A stretch of DNA of 64,000 bases from an uncultured delta proteobacterium (GTDB lineage Bacteria > Desulfobacterota > Desulfobacteria > Desulfobacterales > Desulfosalsimonadaceae). This document shows, piece after piece, positions 1 to 11,300 of this stretch. Both the position numbers and the translations under genes were made by a program. Position 1 is the first letter of the stretch. Each line of letters starts with the position of its first letter. Under the pieces are notes generated by a model, which worked only from the letters and a program-made list of their open reading frames with translations, was not told the origin of the DNA and searched no databases. The stretch covers positions 64,001 through 128,000 of the forward strand of contig CAWGYD010000005.1 in NCBI GenBank assembly GCA_963826785.1, in the 5' to 3' direction.

Positions 1-1067
1 TACGATATGCAAGCACAGGATTATCTGCAGACAGTCAGGGAAACATCAACAGAAGAAATTTTGTTTTTGCAAAACTTTCACGACCGGAAGTGGCGCGATT
101 GTTCATGTCCCCGGCGCCAAAATCCATTCTGGATCTTCTGGTTAAAAATGGCAAACTGACCCAGGCAGAAGCTTTTTTGGCATCCAAAATACCGGTTGCC
201 GAAGATATTACCGTTGAAGCGGACTCGGGCGGCCATACGGACAATCGACCCCTTACCGCCCTGCTCCCGACGATTCTTTCGATGAGAGACGATATATCAT
301 CGGCAAACAGCTATGTCCGGCCCATACGGATCGGTGCTGCAGGGGGATTGGGAACGCCGTCGGCAGTTGCCGCCGCCTTTTCGATGGGGGCCGCATATGT
401 GCTGACCGGTTCCGTTAATCAGGCAGCCATCGAATCGGGCTTGTCTGATGCAGGGAAAAAAATGCTGGCAATGGCCGATGTCGCCGACGTGACGATGTCG
501 CCTGCGGCTGACATGTTCGAACTCGGGGTAAAAGTCCAGGTGCTAAAACGCGGTACCATGTTCTGCAACCGGGCGGCGAATCTTTATACGATCTATTCCC
601 AGAACACTTCCATCGATACCATTCCAGAAGATGTCAGGGCCCAACTGGAAAAAGATGTATTTAAAGCACCGCTGGAAAAAATATGGGCACAAACCCTTGA
701 TTTCTTTTCTCAACGCGATCCAAGTCAAATCGAAAAAGCTCAGAAAAATCCCAAACAGCGCATGGCGTTGATTTTTAAATGGTATCTGGGCAATTCAGCC
801 AATTGGGCGATCTGCGGCGATCCGGATCACCGGATCGATTATCAAATTTGCTGCGGCCCCTCCATGGGGGCGTTTAATACATGGGTAAAAGGGTCATACC
901 TTGAAAAAACTGAAAATCGACGCGTATCCGATATTGCCCTCAACCTTCTTGAGGGTGCGGCGGTTGTCACCAGGGCACAGCAGTTTCGAAGCTATGGCGT
1001 ACCGGTACCCGGCGAGGCATTCAACTTCAAGCCCCGTCCGCTTTCCTATAATCATGCCTCAAAATGA
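1..1067 (+). CDS. pfaD: PfaD/Pfa1-type enoyl-ACP reductase of PUFA-type synthase (5' truncated by window edge)
   Basis: Frame open from base 3 (RYASTGLSADSQGNINRRNFVFAKLSRPEVA...). PfaD motifs EADSGGHTDNRP, GAAGGLGTP, GAAYVLTGSVNQ, MSPAADMFELGVKVQVLKRGTMF, DYQICCGPSMGAFN. Confidence 0.93.
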   Translation, partial: RYASTGLSADSQGNINRRNFVFAKLSRPEVARLFMSPAPKSILDLLVKNGKLTQAEAFLASKIPVAEDITVEADSGGHTDNRPLTALLPTILSMRDDISSANSYVRPIRIGAAGGLGTPSAVAAAFSMGAAYVLTGSVNQAAIESGLSDAGKKMLAMADVADVTMSPAADMFELGVKVQVLKRGTMFCNRAANLYTIYSQNTSIDTIPEDVRAQLEKDVFKAPLEKIWAQTLDFFSQRDPSQIEKAQKNPKQRMALIFKWYLGNSANWAICGDPDHRIDYQICCGPSMGAFNTWVKGSYLEKTENRRVSDIALNLLEGAAVVTRAQQFRSYGVPVPGEAFNFKPRPLSYNHASK

Positions 1068-1076
1068 GCCGACATT

Positions 1077-4000
1077 ATGTCTTCCCCAAAAAGCATAAGA
1101 ACAAAAAAATCCGATGCCGACACCCGGAATCGGGTATCTGAAACAAAATCAACCCCAAAAGCGCCTCCCATAGCCGTCATCGGCATGGGTTGTCTCTTTC
1201 CGGGGTCTCAAGATAAAGAGGGGTTCTGGCGCGATATCACGGCCGGTCGGGATACGATAACGGAAGTGCCGCCCAGCCATTTTCTCATCGATCAATACTA
1301 TGACCCGGATCCTTCCGTCCCCGATAAAACATATTGCAGAAGAGGCGCTTTCCTTTCTCCGGTTGAATTTGATCCCATGGCATTCAGTATTCCGCCGGCC
1401 AACCTGGCGGCCACCGATACGTCGCAATTGCTAAGTCTTCTGGTCGCTGAACAGGTGCTGACGAATGCGTTTGACGGAAAACTGAAAAGCATGGACCGCA
1501 GCCGGATCAGCGTGATCCTGGGGGTGGCTGCCGGTCTGGAGCTCCTTGGCGAAATGGCAAACCGGCTCGTGAAGCCCAACTGGATCAAAGGGATGCGTGA
1601 GGCCGGTCTTCCGGAAAATGAAATCGAAGATATCTGCAAACGGATCATGGCGACCCATTCGCCCTGGAAGGAAAGTACGTTTCCCGGTCTTCTCGGAAAT
1701 GTAGTTGCCGGACGTATTGCGAACCACTTTGATCTGGGCGGCATCAACTGTACGAATGACGCCGCGTGCGCCAGCTCTTTATCAGCGATGTCACAGGGGC
1801 TTAATGAACTTTATGCGGGAACGTCGGATGTGGTGATCGTCGGGGGAGCGGACACCAATAACGACACCTTTTTGTTTGTCAGTTTTTCAAAGACACCGGC
1901 GCTGTCCCCCACGCATGACTGTCGACCCTTTTCCGACAAAGCAGACGGCATGGTTCTCGGAGAAGGCATCGGTATGGTCGCGATCAAGCGGCTCGATGAC
2001 GCGGAACGTGACGGCGATCCGATTTACGCGGTGATACGCGGCATCGGGGCATCATCGGACGGCAAAGGGACCAGTATTTATGCGCCGCTCCCAAAGGGTC
2101 AGGCGCTTGCGCTCCGCCGTTGTTACGCGGCATCCGCTTACGGACCTGAGACCGTAGAGTTGCTTGAAGCCCATGGGACCGCGACCAAGCCGGGCGATAA
2201 AGCTGAAATCGAGGCGCTTACCAGCGTTTTCGGCCATGAAACCAATCGGACGGACAAACAATGGTGCGCCCTTGGATCGGTAAAATCCCAGATCGGTCAC
2301 ACCAAAAGTGCAGCCGCTGCAGCCGGTATCATCAAAGCCGTCATGGGCATCCGTCACAAGGTGCTGCCGCCGACGATCAAGGTTGAGCGGCCCAATCCGT
2401 TGCTGAAGCTTGAAGAAAGTCCATTTTATGTGAACACGCAGTGTCGGCCATGGGTAAGGGATGATTCTCACCCGAGAAGAGCTTCGATAAGTTCTTTTGG
2501 TTTCGGCGGAACTAATTTTCATTTAACTGTTGAAGAATATAAGGGGCCGGGCAAATCCGCCTGGCGACTCCGCAACGTTCCGACGGAGCTCGTCATATTG
2601 GGTGCCCAAAATGCCAAAGCGCTTGAAGATCTTTGCCGGCAGGCAGCCAAAGACCTGAACACCGAAGGTGTCCTGACCTATATCGCAAAAACATCGCAGG
2701 AAGCCTTTGATTCATCATGCCCGGCCAGATTGGCAATCGTTGCATCCAACGAAAGAGATCTTGAAACCAAGCTTCATTATGCGGCAAAAGCCCTCTCCGA
2801 AAAACCCGGGAGCGGATTTTCATTGCCCAATGGCTTGTTCTGTGCGGTTGAAAAAGCAGAGCCCGGCGATATTGCTTTTCTGTTTCCCGGGCAGGGCACC
2901 AGCGGTTGTCTGGATATGGGTGCCGATCTGGCGATGCAATTTAACGACGCCATGAATATTTGGGATTTTTCCGCATCGTTTGACAAAAAACGCGGCGCCA
3001 GGGAATTTCTGCACAAAGTGGTTTTTCCCATTCCTGCCTTTACCGAAGCGGAAAAGGATGCACAGCATGCAAAACTCGCCCGGACCGAATGGGCCCAGCC
3101 CGGCGTCCTGACATCCAGCATATCCATGTCGGCGATTCTTAAAGGCCTTGGCATCAAGCCGGATTGTGTGGGTGGGCACAGCCTTGGCGAAATCACCGCA
3201 CTTTATGATGCCGGTGTGCTTGATCTGGAAAGCCTGCTCAGTGTCTGCTTCAAACGGGGCGAATTGATGGCCGGCGCAGCACAAAATCCCGGCACCATGA
3301 CCGCTGCACTATGCGATATTGCCAAAGCACAGGCCGTTCTGGACAAAATCAAAAACAAAAATAAAATCATCATTGCAAATCACAACAGCCCGAGTCAGGT
3401 TGTTTTTTCCGGTCCTGTCCCTGACATGGAAGCGGTTGAAACGGTCCTTAAAGCAGAAAACATAAAATTCAGACGTCTGCCGGTTTCCGCTGCATTCCAC
3501 TCGTCTCTGATGAGCGAGGTGTGCGCTTCATTTCTGGCATACATGAAGGAATTTGATTTCAAAAAACCAACGGTTCCGATTTATTCGAATGCGACCGGAA
3601 AGCCGCATCAAAACAAACCGGACAAGATCCGCGAAGCACTGGCCAATCAGATCGACCATCCTGTTCAATTTGTAAAAGAAATCGAATCGATGTATGCAGC
3701 CGGTGTCCGCACCTTTATCGAAGTCGGGTCAGGTGCCGTCCTCACCAGTTTTGTCGACAAAATTTTAAGCGACAAACCCCACACCGCCATAAACATGGAC
3801 ACCAAAAAAGAACACGGCATCACAGGCCTTTGGAAAGCACTTGCAAGACTTGTCATTTCCGGCGTAACGCCCGATTTTTCATATTTATGGAAAGAATATG
3901 CCCCAATAGAGGATCCCCGCAAAAGAGAAAAGCCCAAATTTTCAGTCATGCTATCAGGAACGAACTACGGAAAACCCTACCCGCCGGCCGGCGGAATAAG

Positions 4001-7000
4001 CGACTACCCGAAACCGAATCCACCCAGAGTTCGAGAAGCGGATAAGGAGCCAGACAAATTGAATGCTGCTGTTGAGAACAGGGTAAGTAATACAGGTATC
4101 AACGTTAATACGGACCTTGGAAGCCAGGCGGCAGGGAACCAGGCGACTCAAGCATCAATACGTCCACAGGCACCCCCTCTGCCGTTTGCTCAGGAACCCA
4201 TTTCCGTCCAAAGATCAGCGCCGCCGCATACCCCCACCTGCAATATCAAATCCGGTGAAAGTGCATGGGTTAAAACATTTCAGGATATTCAGCGGCAAAC
4301 CACCGAGGCGCACAGTGCCTATCTGAAATTTATGGCGGACAGCCATCTCAGCTTTCTAAAAACCGCCGAATCATCCAATATCGCCTTCAGTTCGCTTCTC
4401 ACAGGGGGCACCGGCCTTTCAGGCGGAGTCGACATCCAACAGCCGCCCATGAATTCAAGTGCAGGGATCACCGCTGCACCCGAACCAAAACCTGTTCATC
4501 GTCCGTCCATCCCGGCTGCATCGATGGAAATGGCATCCCCCACACCTGAGCCAGAGGCGCCGTATCAGTCGATTAAAGCCCCGACTGCTGAAGTACCGGT
4601 CTCCGCTCCGGTGGAAACACCGGTGGTTGCTTCCAGTCCTTCACCCCCTGCTTCGTCGCCCACCGGCATTGATTTTACGGAAATGCTCCTTGACGTGGTT
4701 GCGGATAAAACCGGCTACCCGAAGGAAATTTTAACCCTTGAAATGGATCTTGAGCTCGATCTGGGGATTGACTCCATCAAGCGCGTTGAAATTTTCTCCG
4801 CCATCAATGAAGAAAATCCGTGGATCCCGGAAGTCGATCCGTCGGTCATGGCGGAAATCAAAACACTTGGCGATGTGGTCGATTTTATCGGCCGATACGC
4901 ACCTTCAATTCCTGCTTCAGCCCAACCGCAGATTGTTGAATCGCCGGTCGCCCAACCGGCGGCAACGCCGGTAGCTGCTTCCAATCCTTCAGCCCCTGCT
5001 TCGCTGCCCACCGGCATTGATTTTACGGAAATGCTTCTTGACGTGGTTGCGGATAAAACCGGTTACCCGAAGGAAATTTTAACCCTTGAAATGGATCTTG
5101 AGCTCGATCTGGGGATTGACTCCATCAAGCGCGTTGAAATTTTCTCCGCCATCAATGAAGAAAATCCGTGGATCCCGGAAATCGATCCTTCAGTTATGGC
5201 GGAAATTAAAACACTCGGCGATGTGGTCGATTTTATCGGCCGATACGCACCTTCAATTCCTGCTTCAGCCCAACCTCAGGTTGTTGAATCGCCGGTCTCC
5301 CAATCGGCGGCAACGCCGGTAGCTGCTTCCAATCCTTCAGCCCCTGCTTCGCTGCCCACCGGCATTGATTTTCCGGAAATGCTCCTTGACGTGGTTGCGG
5401 ATAAAACCGGCTACCCGAAGGAAATTTTAACCCTTGAAATGGATCTCGAGCTCGATCTGGGGATTGACTCCATCAAGCGCGTTGAAATTTTCTCCGCCAT
5501 CAATGAAGAAAATCCGTGGATCCCGGAAATCGATCCTTCAGTTATGGCGGAAATTAAAACACTCGGCGATGTGGTCGATTTTATCGGCCGATACGCACCT
5601 TCAATCTCTGCTTCAACTCCATCACAGGTTGTTGAATCGCCGGTCGCCCAACCGGCGGCAACGCCGGTAGTTGCTTCCAATCCTTCAGCCCCTGCTTCGC
5701 TGCCCACCGGCATTGATTTTACGGAAATGCTCCTTGACGTGGTTGCGGATAAAACCGGCTACCCGAAGGAGATTTTAACCCTTGAAATGGATCTCGAGCT
5801 CGATCTCGGCATTGACTCCATCAAGCGCGTTGAGATTTTCTCCGCCATCAATGAAGAAAATCCATGGATCCCGGAAGTCGATCCCTCGGTCATGGCTGAA
5901 ATCAAAACACTCAGTGATGTGGTCGATTTTGTAAAACATTCACTTGATAAGGCCGTCTCCACCTCATCCGAGCCATCGACCCCTGAAGCGCAGCGTTTGG
6001 AAACATCAGCAACCGAGACAATTCCGGGCATTGACAGATATGTGCTTCGCCTAACGCCGGTCTCCTTTTCCGGTTTTTCCATGCCCGGCCTCCTGGAAGC
6101 CCGCCATTTATGTATCACAAACGATGAAACCGGCATTGCCAAGGCGTTGGCCGCAGAACTTGAGAAAAATGGCATAACTGCAACGGTTGTTGAAAATGTG
6201 CCGGATAACTGCGATGGGTTGATTTTCCTTGGCGGGTTGCGGAAAATTGCAAACCCGCAGGACGCAATTCATGTCAACCACGAAGCATTTGCCGCCGCCC
6301 AGAAAATCGCCGCGCAATTGACCCAATCCGGCGGCATTTTGGTGACCGTCCAAAACACCGGGGGTGATTTTGGATTATCCGGACAGGCAGGTGATCGTGT
6401 CTGGCTTTGCGGACTTACCGGCCTGGTCAAAACCGCGGCCATTGAATGGCCGAAAGCATCGGTCAAAGCAATCGACATTGATCGCGGAAAGTTGTCGGCG
6501 AAAAAACTGGCGGCCGCCATTTGTCTTGAACTGATGACCGGCGGCCCGGACCTGGAAGTCGGGATCAAATCGGACGGCAGCCGGTATTGTCTGAAAAGTT
6601 ATCGCAAACCCGCCAGCGAGTCCGGCCATATGCTTAATGAGAATGACGTCATCGTCGCGTCCGGCGGCGCCAGGGGAATTACGGCAAAAGCACTCATCCA
6701 GCTGGCCCGGGATTTTCATCCCCGTCTGGTGCTGCTGGGCCGAACCCATCCGGCTGATGAACCGGCCTGCTGCCGGGGAGCTGCAACAGACGCCGAGTTG
6801 AAAGTGGCGCTTCTTCAAGCGGCCAAGGCAGGTGGGAAAACCGTAAAACCGATGGATCTTGAAAAACAGGCGCACCAGATCCTTGCGGCCCGGGAAATGA
6901 AATCAAACATAGACGCCATGAGACAAGCCGGATCTGATGTCAAATATGTGGTGGCGGATGTGCAGAATGAAACTGATATTTCAAACGCGCTTGACACGGT

Positions 7001-8303
7001 CAGAAAAGAGTGGGGCGGCATCACCGGGATCATCCATGGCGCAGGTGTTCTGGCGGACAAACTGATCGCCGAAAAAAGCAAGGCGCAATTCGACCGGGTT
7101 TTTGACACAAAGGTGCAGGGACTCCGCTCACTTCTGAACGCTACTGCCAAAGACCCGTTGAAAGTGATCTGTTTCTTCTCCTCCATTGCAGGACGTACCG
7201 GGAATATGGGGCAAAGCGATTACGCCATGGCCAATGAAATTCTGAACAAAGTAGCCGATGCAGAGGCGATGCGGCGCAAAGGCAAATGCCTTGTCAAATC
7301 CTTGAACTGGGGCCCGTGGGACAGCGGCATGGTTTCACCGCTGCTTAAAGCCCATTTCAAGGAAGCGGGCATCCCGCTCTTGCCGATGGATGCCGGCGTG
7401 AAATACTTTGTGAAGGAAATCACCGAAAATGCATCAGAAGATGTCGAGGTGGTTATCGGCCCGGATCCGAATTTCGCCTTTTCAAGCAGCCCCATTACAC
7501 GCGAACTGAATTTAAGTCTGCTCGTAAACAAGAAAAATTATCCATTCATGGACAGCCATCGCATCAAAGAGATGCCGGTCGTACCGGTTGCCATGGTCAT
7601 CGAGTGGTTTGCCCGTACCGCCCAACTCTACAATCCGGACATGAATTACATGGGTTGTAAAGATCTCAAGGTCCTCAAGGGAATTAAGCTGGATAACTTC
7701 ATCACCGGCAGTGATCATTTTACGATATGCTGCCGCCAGGAAAACGGAGACCGATCGTTTCTGGAGCTGGATCTGCTGGGTCCGGATAAGGGTGCTCATT
7801 ATAAAGCAAAGATCGAAATGTCTGCTGAAAAAATCACAAATAACAATGGGAAAAAACCCAGGTCGAACGGAATTCCAAAATGGAAATGGGACGTTTCTGA
7901 CATTTATACAGACAAGCTTTTTCACGGACCCGAATTTCAAGTCATCAAGTCCCTTAAAGGCGTTTCCAGCAATACCGCAACCGCCGTTCTGGGTGGCATA
8001 GACGGATTGTCATGGCCGCAGGGATTATGGAAATTTGATGTTGCCGCACTCGACGGCGGTTTGCAGCTGGCGATTCTATGGGGGCTGCACAATTCAAATA
8101 AGAAATCGTTGCCGACCAAAATCGGTGCCTTTTACGCCTACCAGAATGGTCCGATCAACGGGCCAATCGACTGCATACTGGATGGCAAATCAATTCAAAA
8201 CGGGCGAACGCTCTCGGACATTTCGTTCTTCGATAAAGACGGGAAACTTGCTGCAAAACTGTGCGATGTGGAGATGCATATGCTGCCGGACAGCACGGTT
8301 TAG
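1077..8303 (+). CDS. pfaA: PfaA/Pfa2-type multidomain synthase KS-MAT-ACPx4-KR-DH
   Basis: KS: DAACASS, EAHGTAT, KSQIGHTK. MAT: GHSLGE, AFHS. Four ACPs with LGIDSIKRVEI. KR: GGARGIT, HGAGVLADK, YAMANE. C-terminal PKS-type DH (DSHRI..PVVP, LFHGPEFQ, LDGGLQ). Confidence 0.93.
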   Translation: MSSPKSIRTKKSDADTRNRVSETKSTPKAPPIAVIGMGCLFPGSQDKEGFWRDITAGRDTITEVPPSHFLIDQYYDPDPSVPDKTYCRRGAFLSPVEFDPMAFSIPPANLAATDTSQLLSLLVAEQVLTNAFDGKLKSMDRSRISVILGVAAGLELLGEMANRLVKPNWIKGMREAGLPENEIEDICKRIMATHSPWKESTFPGLLGNVVAGRIANHFDLGGINCTNDAACASSLSAMSQGLNELYAGTSDVVIVGGADTNNDTFLFVSFSKTPALSPTHDCRPFSDKADGMVLGEGIGMVAIKRLDDAERDGDPIYAVIRGIGASSDGKGTSIYAPLPKGQALALRRCYAASAYGPETVELLEAHGTATKPGDKAEIEALTSVFGHETNRTDKQWCALGSVKSQIGHTKSAAAAAGIIKAVMGIRHKVLPPTIKVERPNPLLKLEESPFYVNTQCRPWVRDDSHPRRASISSFGFGGTNFHLTVEEYKGPGKSAWRLRNVPTELVILGAQNAKALEDLCRQAAKDLNTEGVLTYIAKTSQEAFDSSCPARLAIVASNERDLETKLHYAAKALSEKPGSGFSLPNGLFCAVEKAEPGDIAFLFPGQGTSGCLDMGADLAMQFNDAMNIWDFSASFDKKRGAREFLHKVVFPIPAFTEAEKDAQHAKLARTEWAQPGVLTSSISMSAILKGLGIKPDCVGGHSLGEITALYDAGVLDLESLLSVCFKRGELMAGAAQNPGTMTAALCDIAKAQAVLDKIKNKNKIIIANHNSPSQVVFSGPVPDMEAVETVLKAENIKFRRLPVSAAFHSSLMSEVCASFLAYMKEFDFKKPTVPIYSNATGKPHQNKPDKIREALANQIDHPVQFVKEIESMYAAGVRTFIEVGSGAVLTSFVDKILSDKPHTAINMDTKKEHGITGLWKALARLVISGVTPDFSYLWKEYAPIEDPRKREKPKFSVMLSGTNYGKPYPPAGGISDYPKPNPPRVREADKEPDKLNAAVENRVSNTGINVNTDLGSQAAGNQATQASIRPQAPPLPFAQEPISVQRSAPPHTPTCNIKSGESAWVKTFQDIQRQTTEAHSAYLKFMADSHLSFLKTAESSNIAFSSLLTGGTGLSGGVDIQQPPMNSSAGITAAPEPKPVHRPSIPAASMEMASPTPEPEAPYQSIKAPTAEVPVSAPVETPVVASSPSPPASSPTGIDFTEMLLDVVADKTGYPKEILTLEMDLELDLGIDSIKRVEIFSAINEENPWIPEVDPSVMAEIKTLGDVVDFIGRYAPSIPASAQPQIVESPVAQPAATPVAASNPSAPASLPTGIDFTEMLLDVVADKTGYPKEILTLEMDLELDLGIDSIKRVEIFSAINEENPWIPEIDPSVMAEIKTLGDVVDFIGRYAPSIPASAQPQVVESPVSQSAATPVAASNPSAPASLPTGIDFPEMLLDVVADKTGYPKEILTLEMDLELDLGIDSIKRVEIFSAINEENPWIPEIDPSVMAEIKTLGDVVDFIGRYAPSISASTPSQVVESPVAQPAATPVVASNPSAPASLPTGIDFTEMLLDVVADKTGYPKEILTLEMDLELDLGIDSIKRVEIFSAINEENPWIPEVDPSVMAEIKTLSDVVDFVKHSLDKAVSTSSEPSTPEAQRLETSATETIPGIDRYVLRLTPVSFSGFSMPGLLEARHLCITNDETGIAKALAAELEKNGITATVVENVPDNCDGLIFLGGLRKIANPQDAIHVNHEAFAAAQKIAAQLTQSGGILVTVQNTGGDFGLSGQAGDRVWLCGLTGLVKTAAIEWPKASVKAIDIDRGKLSAKKLAAAICLELMTGGPDLEVGIKSDGSRYCLKSYRKPASESGHMLNENDVIVASGGARGITAKALIQLARDFHPRLVLLGRTHPADEPACCRGAATDAELKVALLQAAKAGGKTVKPMDLEKQAHQILAAREMKSNIDAMRQAGSDVKYVVADVQNETDISNALDTVRKEWGGITGIIHGAGVLADKLIAEKSKAQFDRVFDTKVQGLRSLLNATAKDPLKVICFFSSIAGRTGNMGQSDYAMANEILNKVADAEAMRRKGKCLVKSLNWGPWDSGMVSPLLKAHFKEAGIPLLPMDAGVKYFVKEITENASEDVEVVIGPDPNFAFSSSPITRELNLSLLVNKKNYPFMDSHRIKEMPVVPVAMVIEWFARTAQLYNPDMNYMGCKDLKVLKGIKLDNFITGSDHFTICCRQENGDRSFLELDLLGPDKGAHYKAKIEMSAEKITNNNGKKPRSNGIPKWKWDVSDIYTDKLFHGPEFQVIKSLKGVSSNTATAVLGGIDGLSWPQGLWKFDVAALDGGLQLAILWGLHNSNKKSLPTKIGAFYAYQNGPINGPIDCILDGKSIQNGRTLSDISFFDKDGKLAAKLCDVEMHMLPDSTV
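4620..5930 (+). repeat. Four tandem near-identical ACP+linker repeats, period 348 bp (116 aa)
   Basis: accggcattgattt recurs at 4662, 5010, 5358 and 5706; each copy encodes DF(T/P)EMLLDVVADKTGYPKEILTLEMDLELDLGIDSIKRVEIFSAI. Confidence 0.97.
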
Positions 8304-8334
8304 ATCCGCCCCGATAACAGGAGAACATCAATAA

Positions 8335-11300
8335 ATGCCCTTTGAGCCGATTGCCATTGTCGGACAATCCTGCCTTTTCCCCGGAGCACTGAATCCAGAA
8401 GCACTCTGGGAAAAAATAGCCGCCGGTAAAAATTTGCTGTCAAAAGTCCCCGAAGGGTATTGGCGGATCAGGCCTGATCTCGTCATGGCGCCACCGCGAC
8501 AAAATGCCATTGATATCACCTGGTGCGACCAGGGCGGATATATCAGCGGATTTGAGTCGATTTTCAATCCCGATGGTTTTGCAATCCCCAAAAAAGAAAT
8601 TTTAAAATACGGTCATCTGGTGCACTGGCTCCTTCACACGGCACGCGAAGCATTAAATGACGCCGGGCATGCCAGTGCCGATGGTCTCAATGCCGGGATT
8701 GTCTTCGGTAATTTATCCTATCCCACGCCTGCCATGTCCGAATTTGCCGAATCCGTCTGGCTTGATGCACAGGCAAGCCGTTTTTTGGGCGGTAACGCCA
8801 GGCATATCGCCAATGTTGCACAACCCCATGCGGTCAATCGGTTCATGTCCGGTCTGCCCGCGCATGTTGTGGCCCGGGCGCTCGAATTGAATAGAGGTGC
8901 TTTTGCCATCGATGCGGCTTGTGCGTCATCTCTTTTCGCCATTAAAATTGCCTGCGACCGATTGCACGATCGAAAGGCGGACCTGATGCTCGCCGGGGGT
9001 GTACAGGGGGCCGACGATTTGATTATCCACATCGGTTTCTGTACCTTGCAGGCCATGAGCCAGACCGGCCGAAGCCGTCCGTTTCATAAAAACGCGGACG
9101 GCCTCGTCCCCGCGGAGGGCTGCGGTTTTGTGGTTTTAAAAAGACTTGCAGATGCAGTCAAATCAGGCGATGAAATTCACGGCGTCATCAGAGGGATCGG
9201 CCTTTCAAACGACGGGAGAGGACGCGGTCTGCTTTTCCCATCGGCTGACGGCCAATTCAGGGCCATGCAGAAAGCGTATCAGATGTCCGGGATTGATCCG
9301 TCACAGATTTCATTGCTGGAGTGTCATGCCACGGGCACCAAAGTCGGTGATGAAATTGAATTGGAAAGCACCAGCCGGATTTTTAATGGTTTACGCCAGA
9401 TTCCCATCGGCACCATAAAATCAAATATGGGCCATCCCATCACCGCCTCCGGAATCGCCGGCATTTTGAAAGTCACCGGCGCGATGAAGGCGGGCACCCG
9501 GCCGCCGACCCTCCACGTGGATGAACCCACCGAAAAGTTGAAAAACACGCCGTTTCGCCTGATTAAAGAACCGGAACCATGGCCATCAGACGCTCCGAGA
9601 ATCGCCGGGATCAGCAACTTCGGCTTCGGCGGAAATAATGCGCACCTGATTCTGGAGCAATGGGACAAAAAATCGTACCAAAAACCGCTCCCGGCAAAAT
9701 CACTTCGAAAAACCGATATTGCCATTGTCGGCATGGGCGCCGTCGTTGCTTCAGGGAACGGATTGGAAGATTTCATCAAAACCATTTTCTCCGGCAATCC
9801 GGCGCTTACGCAAGAAGATGACGGAAAAATGGCCGGAAAGGCAGTTTCTTTTGAACTGCCGATCATGGGGCTCGGGTTCTTCCCGGCGGCCCTCGATCAA
9901 ACCCTGCCACAGCAGCTTCTCATGTTGAAAGCCGCCATGGATGCACTTGATGAGGTGGATATATTCCCGAAAAAGCGGGCCGGTGTGTTTGTCGGGATGG
10001 GGTGTGATTGCGAGGTGACCCGATCCGGAATGTGCTGGCGGCTTCCGCAATTTGTCTGCGACTGGCTGAAAACAAAAGAGATGACCCCGGAAATGAAGGA
10101 CTGGATTGAATCGGTCAAGAACGATCAGATCAATCCGGCCCGTGAGGCTTCAGCCATCTTAGGGGCCATGCCGAATATCGTGGCCAACCGGTTAAACAGC
10201 CAGTTCGATATTGAAGGCCAGAGCTTTACGATTTCATCTGAGGAGCTGTCCGGCATACGGTGCCTTGAAACGGCCATACGCGCACTTCAAGCCGGTGAAA
10301 TCGATGCCGCCATCGTTGGCGCCGTCGACCTGTCCTGTGAAACCGTTCATATGGCAGCGGCCCGGGAAGTACTCAATAACGAAAGCCAAATTCCCGGCGA
10401 TGCCGCCGTTGCGCTGATCTTAAAACGCAAATCAGATGCGATATCGGATGGTGATCAAATATATGCGCTTTTCCCCGGTAAAAAAGATGAGATCGCCGAT
10501 GATCCCATGTCTAAGCTGGAATGGTCATGCGATACAGCCGGACAACTCATTGAACCGCTGGTCGGGCATTCACATGCTGCGTCGGGGTTGCTCCATGTCG
10601 CGACCGCGGCACTGGCATGCCATTTCAGAGCGCAGCCGGCTGGTATTGGAAATAAAGCCATCCCCTGGCTTTCATCACAAAAACGAACCGCCGATGTGAC
10701 GATCAACGCCCTGGGAGGAGAATCCTCAAGAATAACTGTAACCGAAGATACAGACATCTCACCGGGGCGTCTGGTATTATCGCCTTTCCCAAAACTCCAC
10801 ATTTATTCCGGCAATGATAATACAGAAATATTAGAAAATCTCGATAAAGGCCGCGAATCAGATACCGGGCCGGCGCGACTGGTCCTTGTTGCAGAGCATC
10901 CGTCGTTGCTTTCAGACCTTCAGCAACGCGCACGGATGCTTCTTGAACAAGATCGAGATAAGCCTGATTTTTTTCTAAACGAGGGTATTTATTACTGCCG
11001 TCGGCCAATTGAAGGTGAACTTGCATTTGTATTTACAGGCGCTGCAGGCATATACCCCCAAATGGGAAGCGATTTGTTTCTTGCGTTCCCGGAAGATGAT
11101 TCGAGGCGGTGATAACGCGTTTCGGCCTGAACACCGATAAAATCCGCCAATGGATGCGCGATACGGACGAAGACGCTATTCCAACCCCCGAAATCATGCT
11201 GTGGCGCAGTTCGTTTTTGTCACAAGTCCATGCCGTCATTTCGCAAAAATATTTAGGCCTCAAACCGCAGGCCGCCATTGGTTTTTCCTCCGGAGAATCC

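Noticed and set aside
2884..2920. PfaA MAT motif reads GQGTSGCLDM instead of GQGSQY
   Set aside because: Could be local sequence error or harmless divergence; catalytic GHSLG and AFHS are intact.
4620..5930. Regular repeats as a possible CRISPR array
   Set aside because: 348-bp in-frame ACP coding repeats with no unique spacers and no cas genes.
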